Positions 10,758-11,555 of a DNA stretch of 11,555 nucleotides are shown here, piece after piece. Position 1 is the first letter of the stretch, and every line of letters begins with the position of its first letter. The translations under genes and the position numbers were made by a program. The notes under the pieces are model-generated. The model saw only the letters and a program-made list of their open reading frames with translations. It had not been told where the DNA came from and made no database searches. Source of the stretch: a bacterium (GTDB lineage Bacteria > DUMJ01); contig JBMFMV010000060.1 in the NCBI GenBank assembly GCA_049970495.1, positions 1 to 11,555 on the forward strand, read 5' to 3'.

Positions 10758-11555
10758 ATGGTAGACTTTAATCCTGAGAAATATCAAGCACAGATAGAAG
10801 AATCTAGAAAGAGATTAGAAATTGCTAAAAGCTTTAAGGAGCCAGATAGGGTTCCCATTCTCATAAGCACTGGGGGCAGCTTCTATTCTAAGTTGTTCGG
10901 TTATAATATAAGAGACTACTATATCAATCTAGATCTACAGATTGAGGTTCAGTTAAAAGGTTTAAAGTGGGCTTTTGAAGAATTAAGGGATGATAGAGTA
11001 AGTTATGGAATCTATTTAGATATAGGCCCTATACAAGAGGCTATCTATTTTGATCTGCCTGTGGAGTATCCTGATGATACTTCCCCTTGGATAGTAAGGA
11101 CTATGAGTCTACCAGAAGCGGTAGAAAAGCTAAAGACTCCAGATCCTGAAGATCATCCTAGAGTTTTAGAATTTTACAAAAAGTATGAGCTCTTAAAGGA
11201 AAAGGTGTCTAAACTTGGCTTAAACCTACCAGTGGGAGGAAGATTAGGGATTCATCCTCCCCTCTCTGCAGCATGCGGTATTTTAGAACCTAGTGAAGTT
11301 TTTATGTATCTAATAGAAGAACCTCAAATAGTCCATAAGCTATTCGAAAAACTTCTGATTGTCTTTATAAAACTGCAAGATTTTGCTGATAAATACTTTG
11401 GTACCAAAACGACCTCTCTAGGTTTAGCTGATGACCACTCAGCTTTTGTATCTGATGAGATGTATAGACAACACGTTATGCCTTACAATATGATCCTATA
11501 CGCTCGTTACGGTATCAAGGGAAGGCATCTGCACGCCGATGGACCAAATGACCAC
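10758..11555 (+). CDS. Second UroD/MtaA-fold protein, 3'-truncated (not in the ORF track)
   Basis: Hand-translated as 266 open codons to the window end: MVDFNPEKYQ...KEPDRVPIL...PDDTSPW...GIHPPLSAACGIL...MYLIEEPQIVHKL...LADDHSAFVSDEMYRQHVMPY...HLHADGPNDH. SD AAAGGAG at 10741-10747, and the ATG is 2 nt after the HAD stop. Confidence 0.8.
   Translation, partial: MVDFNPEKYQAQIEESRKRLEIAKSFKEPDRVPILISTGGSFYSKLFGYNIRDYYINLDLQIEVQLKGLKWAFEELRDDRVSYGIYLDIGPIQEAIYFDLPVEYPDDTSPWIVRTMSLPEAVEKLKTPDPEDHPRVLEFYKKYELLKEKVSKLGLNLPVGGRLGIHPPLSAACGILEPSEVFMYLIEEPQIVHKLFEKLLIVFIKLQDFADKYFGTKTTSLGLADDHSAFVSDEMYRQHVMPYNMILYARYGIKGRHLHADGPNDH

Noticed and set aside
11400..11555. Apparent rise in C-ending codons near the right edge
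   Set aside because: The stretch is too short to support a compositional boundary, and the reading frame continues uninterrupted.

Overview
AT-rich bacterial chromosomal window. Codon usage is rich in AGA/AGG/ATA and the Shine-Dalgarno (SD) sites are strong, which suggests a thermophilic anaerobe (inference only). Left block (+ strand, tightly coupled): 5'-truncated whiA, a Clp1-family polynucleotide 5'-OH kinase, gap, pgk, tpiA, secG. A structured 126-bp intergenic region separates it from a convergent DUF151/bifunctional-nuclease gene that has its own extended -10 promoter. Right block: a divergon driven from a 68-bp gap holding two overlapping sigma70-type promoters that share one palindromic -10. 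The leftward arm is GH42 beta-galactosidase, a UroD/MtaA-fold protein and GH4 alpha-galactosidase. The rightward arm is a Cof-type HAD phosphatase and a second UroD/MtaA-fold protein, which is truncated by the window edge and absent from the ORF track. Most notable: (1) a galactoside catabolic divergon with two divergent UroD/MtaA-like proteins that both carry H-x-D-G-P instead of H-x-C; (2) an RNA-kinase-type Clp1 gene inside the glycolytic operon; (3) a possible PGK-TIM fusion relic. No tRNA, rRNA, CRISPR array or mobile element was seen. All family assignments come from motif recognition by eye, not from database searches.
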